Shown: positions 33,722 through 34,966 of the stretch, in pieces
Layout: every line of letters starts with the position of its first letter
Position numbering within the stretch: position 1 is the first letter of the stretch
Assembly: GCA_024704765.1 (NCBI GenBank)
Contig: JAKMXF010000302.1
Span: 560,115-595,080, forward strand
DNA length: 34,966 nucleotides
Direction of reading: 5' to 3'
DNA from: Oopsacas minuta
Lineage: Eukaryota > Animalia > Porifera
Made by a program: the position numbers and the translations under genes
Notes under the pieces: model-generated
The model's database searches: none
Seen by the model: the letters and a program-made list of their open reading frames with translations, nothing else
What the model was told of the DNA's origin: nothing

Positions 33722-33723
33722 NC

Positions 33724-34965
33724 AGACATTATATTAAGAGTATCGCCGAAGTTATACTCTTGTGTAGTCGCCTTGAAATTGCCTTCCGAGGACATGATGA
33801 ATCCGAAAATTCACTGAACAAAGGAAACTTTTTTGAGGTACTGCAAGTTATTGGCAATCATGACCCAATTATCCAACATAGATTAGAACATGGCCCACAA
33901 AATCCAATTTATCGTTCACCAGAAGTTCAGAATTTGTTATTAAATATCATGGGTGACATGCTTAGAATAAAAATTTGTGATAGTGTACGGAAAGCGAACT
34001 TCTTTTCGCTGCTTGCAGACGAATCAAAAGATGAAAGCAAGAAGGAGCAACTGGCTATTATTGTTAGGTACGTTGACGACAAAGCAAACATTCACGAGAG
34101 ATTCCTTACTTTCGTGGACGCAACTAGTCTAACTGCTGAGAGTTTGACAACTTACCTCATATCCACTCTCAATAAGCATGGGTTAGATCGTGCCTGCATC
34201 GTATCTCAAGGATACGATGGAGCTGCTGTCATGAGTGGAAACTGTCACGGTGTGCAGCAGCGAATGAAAGAAATATATCCCTGTGCAATGTACATCCATT
34301 GCTATGCACACAAACTAAACTTAGTTCTCGTTGACTGCGCAAAGAAGATTCAATTCGCTTGTGATTTTTTCTTATTGCTTGAGGCTCTCTATGTATTCAT
34401 TTCTTCCTCTAAAGCACATACGATCTTCGTGTCAATTCAAAAGGAGCTTCACCCAGAGAAGCAAGTACGTCAGCTACCGAAGCTATCAGATACAAGATGG
34501 ACCTGCAGGCAAGCTTCTGTTAATGCGATTTGCCACACTTATGATTCGTTGATCGCTACCTTGGAAGAAGTTTCTGGTGGAATAAATCGAGATAATGCTG
34601 TTAAGGCAATAGGCCTTCTTCTTCAGATCAAAGGTTTTAAGTTTTTGCTATTACTCATCTTGTTTGATAGAATACTGACCTGCACTAAGAGTTTATCAGA
34701 CTATCTGCAGTCTCCACAAGTTAATTTGGCTAACGCAACTGATTTAGTTTCATCAACAGTGTCAACACTCGGATATTTTCGTACCGATGAAGAATGGGAG
34801 AAGATATTCAGATATTCTGAGAACGTAGCCAGATCCAATAATATAGATATTACAAAATATCAGGAACCAAGACAGAGACGACTTCCTCAACACTTGAAAG
34901 ATTTCACCGTCTTTGCACCTACTGGAACAAGGGAATCCCTTTCAAACATTCAGCAATATAAAGTT
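33724..34965 (+). CDS. ZMYM1-like/DUF4371 hAT transposase, partial, 414 uninterrupted codons running off the window
   Basis: Reads AFRGHDESENSLNKGNF, YRSPEVQN, FSLLADESKDESKKEQL, ERFLTF, SQGYDGAAVMSG, HCYAHKLNL and LSDTRW with no stop. It is absent from the ORF track, consistent with it being open-ended. Confidence 0.93.
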
Positions 34966-34966
34966 A

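Overview
This is AT-rich eukaryotic (metazoan-type, invertebrate-like) genomic DNA with short GT-AG introns. The species cannot be determined from the window. I found no rRNA, tRNA or CRISPR array. Host-like genes are a spliced + strand gene of unknown function with a polyQ tract (~9.8-11.05 kb), a clear cyclin-Y (11.3-12.17 kb), a four-exon two-Ig-domain fragment with a premature stop (13.0-13.9 kb), an intact intronless 606-aa acidic orphan ORF (20.5-22.4 kb) and a disrupted HRI-like eIF2-alpha kinase (23.0-24.5 kb). The rest is dense in DNA transposons: a near-complete Tigger/pogo, nested hAT/MULE/hAT elements, a Buster-type deletion derivative with a perfect TSD, an open hAT transposase running off the right edge, a piggyBac remnant and many MITEs. 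The most unusual pattern is a patchwork of 0.1-1.2 kb modules that recur in different combinations and orientations. One composite carries a captured Tousled-like kinase fragment, and a pair of ~410-bp inverted arms brackets the orphan ORF plus the eIF2-alpha kinase. Three single-N positions (4596, 24857, 33722) probably mark contig joins, so junctions next to them need read-level validation. All alignments and identities were judged by eye.
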